Of a stretch of 64,000 nt of DNA, positions 1 to 8,078 are shown in pieces (position 1 is the stretch's first letter; each line of letters starts with the position of its first letter). This DNA comes from a virus (taxonomy: Duplodnaviria; Caudoviricetes), in the IMG/VR virus record IMGVR_UViG_3300022305_000561. The stretch is one strand, 5' to 3'. Under the pieces are notes generated by a model. It did no database searches. It was given only the letters and a program-made list of their open reading frames with translations, and was not told where the DNA came from. A program made the position numbers and the translations under genes.

Positions 1-102
1 ATCATTAGTTTGGTGGATGTATTCTTTTTCTTTTAGATATATCGCTTTTTTAAAACACTTTTCATATAAAGCTGGATTTTGTTCATAGTTTGGTTGATTC
101 AT
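1..102 (-). CDS. Partial ORF (MNQPNYEQNPALYEKCFKKAIYLKEKEYIHQTND...), runs off the window; candidate third gp41 fragment (C-intein + helicase C-terminus)
   Basis: ATG at 102 overlaps the end of the endonuclease ORF and the frame is open to position 1. The identity is inferred only from position after an unpaired N-intein. Confidence 0.4.
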   Translation of the reverse strand, partial: MNQPNYEQNPALYEKCFKKAIYLKEKEYIHQTND

Positions 103-1159
103 ATTGAGTCCATAATTTAGTAATAAGTTCTTTATATTCTTGCAATTTTGTTTTTTTATCGTCATCTGACCATATAATATTATACATCATACCTCTATCT
201 TCTGCTATAGATTGCTTATATTCGTCCGATAGTAAAGAAGATTGGTAATCATTAAATGGATTTTTCCAATCTTCTATTTTTCTAGCATGCCATAAAATTC
301 CATGATACTCTATTATAACACCTATCTTCTGAATAGTAAAATCATAAAAAAAACCCTGATTAGTTAATTTAGAATTATCCCTTATAAAAAATTCCTTAGA
401 TCCAGTTACACCAAAATATATACTGTCTCTAGGGATACCTAATTTCCTACAGAACTTATACAATGGAATAAAAAACCTTATAGATTCCTTAGAGACATAA
501 CCCCCAGTTCTTCTACTATCCATACCTGCAAGTAAAGATTCCGTTCTAGTTTTATTACAAGAAATATATTTTTTTAGTCCTTTTTCTTCACCATGTCTCA
601 ATATAAACCCATCGAGTGATTGTGACATATTCGCTAAATATGGTATCCTAAGAATCTCAGCTTCTTCGAGGGTATACCCATTTTTAATCCAATAGTCTAT
701 AGAAAATTTTAACTTCTCAGAGTGGTTATCATAACTCAATTTAGTTCGTTTTTTGGCATTTTTAGATTGTATATCGAATACTTTAGAAATAGCGTCGGGT
801 TCCGACATACCTTTGGATATCCAATAGTCCTTTGAGAACCCATTGTATCTATTTTCCGAAACAGGCCTAACCTTTAGTTTATTTTCATATATTATTAACC
901 CTTCTTTACCATACCTCAATAGTATTTTATCTTTATGTTTTGTTATACTTTTATATTTTTTATATAACATAATATGATCTATATCATAAATTTTATATAA
1001 ATCATATAATATCCTTGCTGTACCAAAAATACTACCTTTTGATGTTTCCTTGTCTATTATCGTAAGGAGATCCTTCATAAAAAGGTCTATCTTATCTTTA
1101 GGTAGATTATCAAGTATATTAGTTATTATGGTAGATTCTTGCCAAGTGGTTTTTCTCAT
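83..1159 (-). CDS. Free-standing homing endonuclease, Vsr/DUF559-like (PD-(D/E)XK) C-terminal domain with N-terminal repeats
   Basis: C-terminal FYDFTIQKIGVIIEYHGILWH motif; repeats SKDYWISKGMSEPDA / SIDYWIKNGYTLEEA / RHGEEKGLKKY; sits between split-intein halves; late promoter TATAAATA at 1189-1196. Confidence 0.8.
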   Translation of the reverse strand: MRKTTWQESTIITNILDNLPKDKIDLFMKDLLTIIDKETSKGSIFGTARILYDLYKIYDIDHIMLYKKYKSITKHKDKILLRYGKEGLIIYENKLKVRPVSENRYNGFSKDYWISKGMSEPDAISKVFDIQSKNAKKRTKLSYDNHSEKLKFSIDYWIKNGYTLEEAEILRIPYLANMSQSLDGFILRHGEEKGLKKYISCNKTRTESLLAGMDSRRTGGYVSKESIRFFIPLYKFCRKLGIPRDSIYFGVTGSKEFFIRDNSKLTNQGFFYDFTIQKIGVIIEYHGILWHARKIEDWKNPFNDYQSSLLSDEYKQSIAEDRGMMYNIIWSDDDKKTKLQEYKELITKLWTQYESTKL

Positions 1160-1225
1160 ACATGTATTCCTATGTTTGTGTGTATTACTATTTATAAGAA
1201 TTGGTATTTACCACAAACATAGTGA

Positions 1226-1492
1226 TTAATAAGATTTTAATCTATTACCGACGTTTAGACCCAGGTTAACAGATAATCTACCTAAATCTGAAGGGAATAT
1301 ATGATCTTTAGATACAGTGATACTCTTCCCACTCTTTAAGGTAATACAAACACATTCCTTAGGTTGCTCGTGGTGCACAAACATAGTAGTTTTAAATACA
1401 TCATTGGCTGTAATCCTATCTCCAGGGATTATATCGCCTATTCGCTTTATAGTGCCATCTATTAATTTAACCTTCTCATCCACCCAGATACA
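1226..1492 (-). mobile_element. Split intein N-fragment (88 aa) at the end of gp41 fragment B
   Basis: Cys1 block A (CIWVDEKVKLIDGTIKRIGDIIPGD) and block B (ITVSKDHIF); ORF ends with no His-Asn terminus. Confidence 0.88.
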
Positions 1493-2398
1493 TTCTGAAG
1501 TATTTGTTAAATCTAAATCTGAACTATTGATACCCTCACGATTAGACTGAGTTGCAGATACTAATGGTACATTATACTCAACTGCTAAACCTCTTAGTTC
1601 TTCTGCAATAGACTTGACATAGGTGTAACTATTAACACCAGCCCCAAACTTCATTCTCTGAGACGCACAGATGTTAAGATAATCAACAAAGATGATGTCT
1701 GGGACAAACTCTTTCTTAGATTTCAGTTCTTCAATCAAAGCTCTAAAGTGACCTGTATGAGCTGAAGCAGTTGGATATTCCTTGATGATTAGAGTACCAT
1801 GCGCTTTCTTTCTCAGCTTTTGAATACGACTTTCAAATATACTCTTATCGACAGTTTTGATTTCAGACATGCCTAGATTCAATAGATTAACATCTATTCT
1901 TTCTGCAATACGTTCTTCTGCCATTTCCATTGTAATATATAACACATTCTTTGTTTGGGCTAACGATGCTGCTGCCATATGACACATTACTAAAGATTTA
2001 CCAACACCAGTATTGTGTGATGAAACTCCATTAGTATAATATCTATGGTTATCGTGGTCTACTTGAATATCAACAATAGGTATCCTATTACCAGTCTTTA
2101 CTACATTTCCTTGAATAAGTATGTTCCCTTCTGTTAGATATAACTCATTAGGAATGTCGATTAAGTCTTTAGCATATTGCCAACCTTTATCAGTTTCAAA
2201 TAGATGGTTTTCATTTACCTTAACCTGTATTCCTGAATCCAAAGTAAGAATATATTCATCCCACTCTCCTTTATCAACAAATAAAGATACTGGAACATAA
2301 CCATCGGGTGAAGTCACTTCTATCTCATATCTAGAAGCTAATAACATATCAATATCTCCTATCGATATTTCTTGTTCTTCCCATTCGCTATTAATCAT
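1226..2398 (-). CDS. 41: gp41 DNA helicase fragment B: 129-aa C-intein + helicase core + 88-aa N-intein
   Basis: ...RYYTNGVSSHN|TGVGKSLVMCH (Walker A second half), LYITMEMAEERIAERID, DIIFVDYLNIC, SATQSNR, then DLTNTSE|CIWVDEKV...TVSKDHIFP. Confidence 0.93.
   Translation of the reverse strand: MINSEWEEQEISIGDIDMLLASRYEIEVTSPDGYVPVSLFVDKGEWDEYILTLDSGIQVKVNENHLFETDKGWQYAKDLIDIPNELYLTEGNILIQGNVVKTGNRIPIVDIQVDHDNHRYYTNGVSSHNTGVGKSLVMCHMAAASLAQTKNVLYITMEMAEERIAERIDVNLLNLGMSEIKTVDKSIFESRIQKLRKKAHGTLIIKEYPTASAHTGHFRALIEELKSKKEFVPDIIFVDYLNICASQRMKFGAGVNSYTYVKSIAEELRGLAVEYNVPLVSATQSNREGINSSDLDLTNTSECIWVDEKVKLIDGTIKRIGDIIPGDRITANDVFKTTMFVHHEQPKECVCITLKSGKSITVSKDHIFPSDLGRLSVNLGLNVGNRLKSY
2012..2398 (-). 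mobile_element. Atypical split intein C-fragment (129 aa)
   Basis: Contains block B-like VKVNENHLF, block F IVDIQV and block G SSHN followed by Thr+1. Confidence 0.9.
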
Positions 2399-2430
2399 AA
2401 AATCTCCAATAATAAAGTTATATTATACTA
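2396..2430 (-). repeat. 35-nt -10/RBS/ATG cassette identical to 7906-7940
   Basis: Minus strand TAGTATAATATAACTTTATTATTGGAGATTTTATG at both loci. Confidence 0.9.
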
Positions 2431-2473
2431 AACCAAATGCTTCTAGGTATTTTCCAGAATTAAAACAGTATTT

Positions 2474-2530
2474 CTAATCAATAACCCTCTTTCTCATCCT
2501 GATTCTAATCTTAGTATCAGGATGAACGCA
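2474..2530 (-). mobile_element. Atypical ultra-short split intein N-fragment (CVHPDTKIRIRMRKRVID)
   Basis: Block A motif starting with Cys inside Walker A, immediately followed by a stop. Confidence 0.85.
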
Positions 2531-3112
2531 TCCAGCCAAAAATATGTTAAGGCTTTTCCTCGACAGACCGCCCGAAGTTATGCGGTTGAGTATATCAATA
2601 TCAAACGGAATCTTTTCCTCAACTCTACGATAAAAGTCAAACCTAGAGTCTGCATCATTAAAGTAATCATGTCCAACATTTGTATCAAAGCAAATACTTA
2701 ATGCCTCAGATAACAGATTAGGAATTGCCTCTTGGGTATGTACCTTATCCTTACCTTCAATGATTTGAATTGAATCAAGGATTGCAATATAAACTGCTCG
2801 TTGCTTACAGAAACCTTCAGTGTGTTCTAATAACCAACCTTGATCAATGTCATTATGTGATAAGGATTCAACTAAGGTTTGAGCCTGAGTTAGCTCAGTT
2901 GCATTGATATCCCTACGATTAGAAATCTCAATTGATAAGATTTCAGGTGTTGCTAGTTTGGTAAAGGTTTCAAAGAACTTAAGGATTTCCTCTGATACAA
3001 TAGATTCAATTCTATCTGCAAAGTATTCTTTCTTTAGAAACGGAATGACCTTCCTTGAATACTCTTCATCGTGGATAAGGTTAGAAAGAATTGTAGTTTC
3101 AATTCTGGACAT
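2474..3112 (-). CDS. 41: gp41 DNA helicase fragment A ending in an 18-aa N-intein
   Basis: MSRIETTILSNL...FDTNVGHDYF...RITSGGLSRKSLNIFLAG then CVHPDTKIRIRMRKRVID*. Confidence 0.93.
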   Translation of the reverse strand: MSRIETTILSNLIHDEEYSRKVIPFLKKEYFADRIESIVSEEILKFFETFTKLATPEILSIEISNRRDINATELTQAQTLVESLSHNDIDQGWLLEHTEGFCKQRAVYIAILDSIQIIEGKDKVHTQEAIPNLLSEALSICFDTNVGHDYFNDADSRFDFYRRVEEKIPFDIDILNRITSGGLSRKSLNIFLAGCVHPDTKIRIRMRKRVID

Positions 3113-3396
3113 TAAATACCACCCGAAAATACTGTTTCTCTGTTCTTAAGTGAATCTTCTAAAATCTCAACTAGAATATCACCAATGGTATTCTTAAAAT
3201 TCTTAGATGTTGTATCACCAGCTGATACATGAACCGTATAATCAAAACTTAGAGTTGGTTCATCTGGATCTGGAAACTCAACCTTACCATATGAAAATAC
3301 AGCACCCTTAAACTCTCCTTCCATTATAGAAATGGCAAGAACTTTCTCACCCTCTACATCATAATAATCAATCACTTCATACATAACATTCTCCAC
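3112..3396 (-). CDS. Probable gp40-like head vertex assembly chaperone / conserved T4-like hypothetical
   Basis: Position between uvsX and 41; FSYGKVEF...LSFDY...IGDILVEILE pattern. Confidence 0.55.
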   Translation of the reverse strand: MENVMYEVIDYYDVEGEKVLAISIMEGEFKGAVFSYGKVEFPDPDEPTLSFDYTVHVSAGDTTSKNFKNTIGDILVEILEDSLKNRETVFSGGI

Positions 3397-3417
3397 TTAA
3401 ATTATTAAACATAACAT

Positions 3418-3446
3418 ATTATACTATTTTTCGACTAAAAAGTAAA
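3418..3446 (-). promoter_or_regulatory. Sigma70/T4-early-type promoter TTTACT-N17-TATAAT
   Basis: Exact 17-nt spacing; same pattern recurs at 5838, 7932, 10573, 19817, 20164 and 23547. Confidence 0.75.
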
Positions 3447-3456
3447 GATAAAATTT

Positions 3457-3526
3457 CTACAGTTTTCAATTATTATAAATAGTAATGAAACAAAAAATGC
3501 CAATCACGAGTTTACGATACCCTATA
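3457..3526 (+). repeat. Truncated, ORF-less copy of the endonuclease leader cassette
   Basis: TATAAATAGTAATGAAACAAAAAATGCCAATCACG is identical to 6067-6101; it breaks off at the uvsX stop codon. Confidence 0.8.
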
Positions 3527-3528
3527 AT

Positions 3529-4146
3529 CTATTCTACTTTATCAAGTTCTTCTTCAATATCTTCATCAACAACTTTATCTAGTTCGGCAGTTATTGATTC
3601 GTCAGTTAATAGTTGACCAGTCGCTAACGTATATCTTTCCCTAACCCACGATAAGAATGTTTTATCTGATAAGATAGGCAACCAGAAGTCTTTGGTATCT
3701 GTATCTTTGATACGATATTTCTTTTCTTGTATTTCGCCAGATAATACATCAACCTTAGAATACCATCCATTTGAGGGTTTTATGACATGACCAGATTCCA
3801 AAGCCATTTCGAGCAATCCAGACCATGTGCTAATACCACCTTCAAACTTCACAGTGATTGGAATTTTAGACTTTTCTCTAACGTGTCTAGACTTCTCAAC
3901 ATTAATGATGAAACTATATCCTGATACTTCTGTTCCTTCTTTTTCTTGTTGTCTGCCTATAATGTAAATATTATCGGCGCTTAGGTAGACCCCAGTTCCA
4001 CCACTCACGATAGGTTTACTGTAGAGCTCTTGGGTATTATGAGAAATGATACCATTACTTAAAACATAATCGTGGGTTGGTGTTTCTATATCATAAACAT
4101 ATTCTTTTCGTGAATTAAATTTAATAGACTTAATCATCATTTTCAT
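3529..4146 (-). CDS. uvsX: UvsX (RecA-like recombinase) C-fragment preceded by a 37-aa C-intein
   Basis: MKMMIKSIK...VYDIETPTHDYVLSNGIISHN|TQELYSKPIVSGGTGVYLSADNIYIIGRQQEK...EKSRHVREKSKIP. Confidence 0.93.
   Translation of the reverse strand: MKMMIKSIKFNSRKEYVYDIETPTHDYVLSNGIISHNTQELYSKPIVSGGTGVYLSADNIYIIGRQQEKEGTEVSGYSFIINVEKSRHVREKSKIPITVKFEGGISTWSGLLEMALESGHVIKPSNGWYSKVDVLSGEIQEKKYRIKDTDTKDFWLPILSDKTFLSWVRERYTLATGQLLTDESITAELDKVVDEDIEEELDKVE
4036..4146 (-). mobile_element. Split intein C-fragment (37 aa) of UvsX
   Basis: Blocks F/G (VYDIE...ISHN) and Thr+1. Confidence 0.9.
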
Positions 4147-4901
4147 TTTTTCTTACTCCTACAATTATCAAAATGCCAGCGACCGCTAGCAACAATCATC
4201 TTACAATGGGGGCATTCTCTTTTTTCATGTTTCCAAGTTAAACCAAATGTTGGATTATTTTCACCTTTCCTAGAACCTATCTTAGAAGTTCTTTCGGCAT
4301 AATCCATAGATTTTACCGAATTTATCCTACGAGCTTCTTGTTCTGTTGTAAAGTTATTTCTAACGGTTTTCATGGAAACTGATTTATGATACCAATCAGT
4401 TTCCTTTAAAATATCAAAACAATCATTCATCTCAGCAAAAAATTTTAAACTGTTTCTAATATTAGATAAAGTGAGACCAATCCCCTTTCTTATATCTGGA
4501 GAAGATATCTTCTCTTTTGTGTACATTTCCCAAATACGAGTAGTTTGTGCGATATAATCATCAAATCCATATTTTCTAGCCCATCTATCTTTAATGGATA
4601 TTCCAATATTTTTAGCAAAGGCTCTTCTTATCCAACCGTAACTCTTATTTGATTGCCTCCCAAACCTATTTGAACACATCATCGTACAAGCATAAATCAA
4701 TTTAGAAATATCTGGGTTGATTTTAACCAATAATAAATGTGCCAAATAGTGTTCTTCTGGAGTCAACCTAACTAAATTATCGAGGGTATCTGCTCCGCCC
4801 ATACAAGTTGGTAATATATGATGTACTTCAACATACCCATCTATATGTGATCGTAAAATACCCCTATTGATTAAACGGTTATAATGTTTTAAATAATTCA
4901 T
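4143..4901 (-). CDS. HNH homing endonuclease inserted between the uvsX halves
   Basis: YVEVHHILPTCMGGADTLDNLVRLTPEEHYLAHLLL; C-terminal CPHC...HFDNC zinc motif; late promoter at 4931-4938. Confidence 0.92.
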   Translation of the reverse strand: MNYLKHYNRLINRGILRSHIDGYVEVHHILPTCMGGADTLDNLVRLTPEEHYLAHLLLVKINPDISKLIYACTMMCSNRFGRQSNKSYGWIRRAFAKNIGISIKDRWARKYGFDDYIAQTTRIWEMYTKEKISSPDIRKGIGLTLSNIRNSLKFFAEMNDCFDILKETDWYHKSVSMKTVRNNFTTEQEARRINSVKSMDYAERTSKIGSRKGENNPTFGLTWKHEKRECPHCKMIVASGRWHFDNCRSKKK

Positions 4902-4950
4902 ATTCTTACCTATGTTATGTATATATGAACTATTTATATATTTTAAACTT

Positions 4951-5805
4951 TCAGATAATATCTAAATACATACCCTCATGTAAATCCTCCACTAACACCC
5001 ATTCACCATTCACCTTAAATTTATGTCCCGATGTAAAAGAAAGCGTTGACCCATCTTCCATTTCAATATCAGTAACAAATGCCTCATCATACTTAAATTT
5101 ATTTAAAACTGGCTCAAATCCATTGGTGGTTAATACATTACACCCAACCTCGATATCTTTTAATGATAATGGTCCAGTTTCTGTCGTCACCATCATATCT
5201 TTAGTACCGCACATATAGATATGGTTAACAGCTACCATAGGAATGTCAAACTTCACTAGGTATGGAGTTATCATCCTAAAGATAGACTTCATTTGCTTTG
5301 CTCTTGACATATCTGTAACAGATTTACCATCCTTTGCATCATCAATTTCTTTCTTACTTGACATATTACCCAAGGAATCTACTAAGAATATGATTTTATC
5401 GCCTTTCGTTATGTTCTCTAAATGATTAATAGCATCTAACTTGAATTCTTCCATATTCATAATTGGAGTATGTAGAATTCTCGACTTGTCCATATTCAAT
5501 GAATCAAAATATGATTCAGGTGTTCCAAACTCACAATCATAGAATACCATAATAGATTCTGGATACTTGTCCATATAGGCTTTTGCCAGGATCAAACAGA
5601 AGAAACTCTTAAAGTGTTTTGAGTTACCACAAAACAAAGTAAGCCCAGGAGTTAATCCACCATCTAATCTTCCCGAAAGAGCTACATTCAATGCTGGGAT
5701 TGGTGTTGGGATCATATCTTTTTTCGTAAAGAATTTAGAAACTGCCAATGTGGAAGTTTCTTTGATGGTACTATTTTTCTTCATTCTTGCTAATAACTCA
5801 CTCAT
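4951..5805 (-). CDS. uvsX: UvsX N-fragment followed by an 86-aa N-intein (4951-5211)
   Basis: LNVALSGRLDGGLTPGLTLFCGNSKHFKS, FYDCEFG, DMSRAKQMKS, VNHIYM|CGTKDMMV...FTSGHKF; start MSEL chosen from the GGTGA RBS. Confidence 0.93.
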   Translation of the reverse strand: MSELLARMKKNSTIKETSTLAVSKFFTKKDMIPTPIPALNVALSGRLDGGLTPGLTLFCGNSKHFKSFFCLILAKAYMDKYPESIMVFYDCEFGTPESYFDSLNMDKSRILHTPIMNMEEFKLDAINHLENITKGDKIIFLVDSLGNMSSKKEIDDAKDGKSVTDMSRAKQMKSIFRMITPYLVKFDIPMVAVNHIYMCGTKDMMVTTETGPLSLKDIEVGCNVLTTNGFEPVLNKFKYDEAFVTDIEMEDGSTLSFTSGHKFKVNGEWVLVEDLHEGMYLDII

Positions 5806-5837
5806 ATTATCACCTTTATTATTGTTATGATACAACT

Positions 5838-5866
5838 ATTATAACCCCAAATTGGATAAAAGTAAA
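5838..5866 (-). promoter_or_regulatory. Promoter TTTACT-N17-TATAAT upstream of uvsX
   Basis: Consensus boxes with 17-nt spacer. Confidence 0.75.
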
Positions 5867-5869
5867 GAC

Positions 5870-6046
5870 TTATTTTTCTTCCCATAAACCCATCGGTCCA
5901 AATCTATTCCTAAGTTCTTCTAGATTGGCTGGTTGTCTAGAAACATTGGCATCATTCCAATGGCTCTGTTGGTGCTGATTGAACTGGGTTTTGAGGATCC
6001 AATTATAACAGAAAGGGCATTGATATTCAAGTTTATACGGATTCAT
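5870..6046 (-). CDS. Small C2H2 zinc-finger protein (58 aa), not in the ORF track
   Basis: Hand translation MNPYKLEYQCPFCYNWILKTQFNQHQQSHW...LWEEK*; CX2CX11HX3H; paralog at 25185. Confidence 0.7.
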   Translation of the reverse strand: MNPYKLEYQCPFCYNWILKTQFNQHQQSHWNDANVSRQPANLEELRNRFGPMGLWEEK

Positions 6047-6050
6047 AATC

Positions 6051-6164
6051 TACAGTTTCCAATTCTTATAAATAGTAATGAAACAAAAAATGCCAATCAC
6101 GGGTTTCTGACACCCTATTGGCTCTAATCATTCTTTCAATAATCAAGGACTATTATGACCAGCA
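6051..6164 (+). promoter_or_regulatory. Endonuclease leader: late promoter + conserved hairpin + RBS
   Basis: TATAAATA at 6067-6074; stem GCCAAT(6092-97)/ATTGGC(6117-22); CTCTAATCATTC; AGGA; ATGACCAGCA. Confidence 0.8.
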
Positions 6165-6815
6165 ACGATATTTATTCCCCAATTACCCCAACCTATCTCT
6201 GCATCAAACAACATTCCATCACCAAGAAAAAATATTTCGGCAAGACCACAAGATCAGATCCAATAAAGTATAAAGGATCAGGAGTTTACTGGGGTCTTCA
6301 TATCAACAAGCACGGTAGGCAGTTCGTCGAAACAATCTGGCTATCCGATCTATACTACGATACCTCTATAGTAGAACAAGCACTCCATTTCTCACACGAA
6401 AACAGCATCGTCGAATCAGACGATTGGGCAAATATAATCCCAGAAAATGGATTAGATGGAGCTCCTGCAGGTAATAAAAAAAGGACCACATTCTGATGAA
6501 ACAAAATCTAAAATATCTGCTGCTATGATAGGTAAGAAAAGAGGTCCCCAATCCGATGAGCGTAAATCTAAACAATCTATTGCTATAACAGGCAAAAAGG
6601 CTTCTGATGAAACAAAAGCTAAACAATCTGCTGCTAAGGTAGGTAAGAAGAAAGGTCCACATTCAGACGACCATAAAGAAAAATTATCTGCTGCTATGAT
6701 AGGTAAGAAGAAAGGTCCTCCTTCTGACGAAACTAAGGCAAAAAGAGCAGTAACTAGAGCTGCTAATAAAGCAGCTCGTCTATTGTTAAAAGAATTAATC
6801 ATCAACGATTTGTAA
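6155..6815 (+). pseudogene. GIY-YIG (Seg-like) homing endonuclease with NUMOD3 repeats, frameshifted at an A7 run (6476-6482)
   Basis: TYLCIKQHSITKKKYFGKT...YKGSG catalytic half (6155-6496); HSDETKSKISAAMIGKK repeats in the +1 frame (to 6815). Confidence 0.8.
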
Positions 6816-6816
6816 A

Positions 6817-7908
6817 CTAAAAGAAGTCATCAAGTGTCGCCTTCTCCTCTAATACCCATCCCATTGGATCAATAATATTCCCTAGAGGATCCAAGAATAC
6901 CTTTTCAAACTGATAATCATAATCCACATATTTGTGAAGCCCAAACTCAACTGGCAACTCAGATGGAAATGCTATCACATTCTCTTTGATTGTGTTGGGT
7001 TTTTTGAGATATATGAACTTGATCTTATCCCCAGACTTGATAGGTGGATATTTGCTTGTCAACCCCAATTCTTTAAGAAGATGATTATACAACAATGCTC
7101 CTCTAACATGAATCGGACAACCTTTAGCATAGATCGATACGTTACTACTATATTCAGCAACACCATTCACACCTCTTGGAAATGCTATATCCTCAATAGG
7201 AATACTCGTAAACTCTTTTCTAGCCAATTCAATGAACTTGATAAGGTCACCATTAGTTCCGTCAAGGATAACGCCTATAGTTGACTTCAGTTTATCTCTA
7301 ATTGCCTGTGGTGTTGAAGACTTTACGATTTCCAAACCCATAATCTTAAGTTTAGGTTGGTCATATTGAACGCCCTCAGAGTTATGAACTCTAAGAATAT
7401 ACTTCTTCTTTCTACACCAAACACCCTTATCAGCCAGAACTTCTCGCTTCATCTGCATCTTGTTTTGAAATGCATTCATATAAGATGCTAGATCAGCATA
7501 AGACTTTTCAATGATTGGAGTTATAACTTGACTGCAAAACTTATCCATGAACTTAATCTTTTCATCAGTTGTTTTACCAACTTGAGTTTGTTCAACTAAA
7601 GTTTCTAATGCTAGGTAAACTGAGTCAGTATCAATCGCAATGATATAATCCTTATCAACAGTCTTCATTGATGTGTTCATATACAAATTAAGAGTATTGG
7701 CGATCCACTTGATCGAAAGTTGACCAGACACAGTAACACTCTCTGCCATTCTCAAATCATAGTATCTAAAGTATGCATTACCCAATGCTCCATATGCTGA
7801 GTTCAAAGCAATCTTCAAAGCCATCTGAAGATTAGTCAGCCGTGAGATTTCTTTCCCTGTACTAACTTTCAACTTTAATAAATCTGAATCACTCATTTCT
7901 TCAAACAT
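6817..7908 (-). CDS. 43: DNA polymerase gp43B (C-terminal fingers/palm/thumb)
   Basis: [38 protein letters not shown]-terminal clamp-binding TLDDFF. Confidence 0.95.
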   Translation of the reverse strand: MFEEMSDSDLLKLKVSTGKEISRLTNLQMALKIALNSAYGALGNAYFRYYDLRMAESVTVSGQLSIKWIANTLNLYMNTSMKTVDKDYIIAIDTDSVYLALETLVEQTQVGKTTDEKIKFMDKFCSQVITPIIEKSYADLASYMNAFQNKMQMKREVLADKGVWCRKKKYILRVHNSEGVQYDQPKLKIMGLEIVKSSTPQAIRDKLKSTIGVILDGTNGDLIKFIELARKEFTSIPIEDIAFPRGVNGVAEYSSNVSIYAKGCPIHVRGALLYNHLLKELGLTSKYPPIKSGDKIKFIYLKKPNTIKENVIAFPSELPVEFGLHKYVDYDYQFEKVFLDPLGNIIDPMGWVLEEKATLDDFF

Positions 7909-7960
7909 AAAATCTCCAATAATAAAGTTATATTATACTATAAATCATAATAAAAGTAAA
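7906..7960 (-). promoter_or_regulatory. Internal promoter TTTACT-N17-TATAAT and RBS for gp43B
   Basis: -35 at 7955-7960, -10 at 7932-7937, GGAG RBS; 35 nt identical to the gp41-B upstream region. Confidence 0.8.
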
Positions 7961-7961
7961 T

Positions 7962-8023
7962 AGTGAGTTTCCAATTCTTATAAATAGTAATAAACAAAAA
8001 AAATGCCAATCACGATGCGTCAA
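7962..8023 (+). repeat. Truncated endonuclease-leader scar within the gp43 split
   Basis: GTGAGTTTCCAATTCTTATAAATAGTAATAAACAAAAAAAATGCCAATCACG with no following ORF. Confidence 0.8.
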
Positions 8024-8078
8024 CAAAATAGGTGCAGGAAACAGTATGAAAAGATGGCATTTTGATAACTGTAAGTTA

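Noticed and set aside
6092-6132. HDV-like/theta ribozyme identity for the endonuclease leader
   Set aside because: Could not build the nested double pseudoknot by eye; the copies fold as a simple bulged hairpin.
6366-6805. Minus-strand ORFs 6366-6662 and 6452-6805
   Set aside because: Antisense shadows of the NUMOD3 repeat region.
7909-8078. Split intein or intron in gp43
   Set aside because: No Cys/Ser block A or His-Asn terminus on either fragment; the gap is short and explained by the promoter and leader scar.
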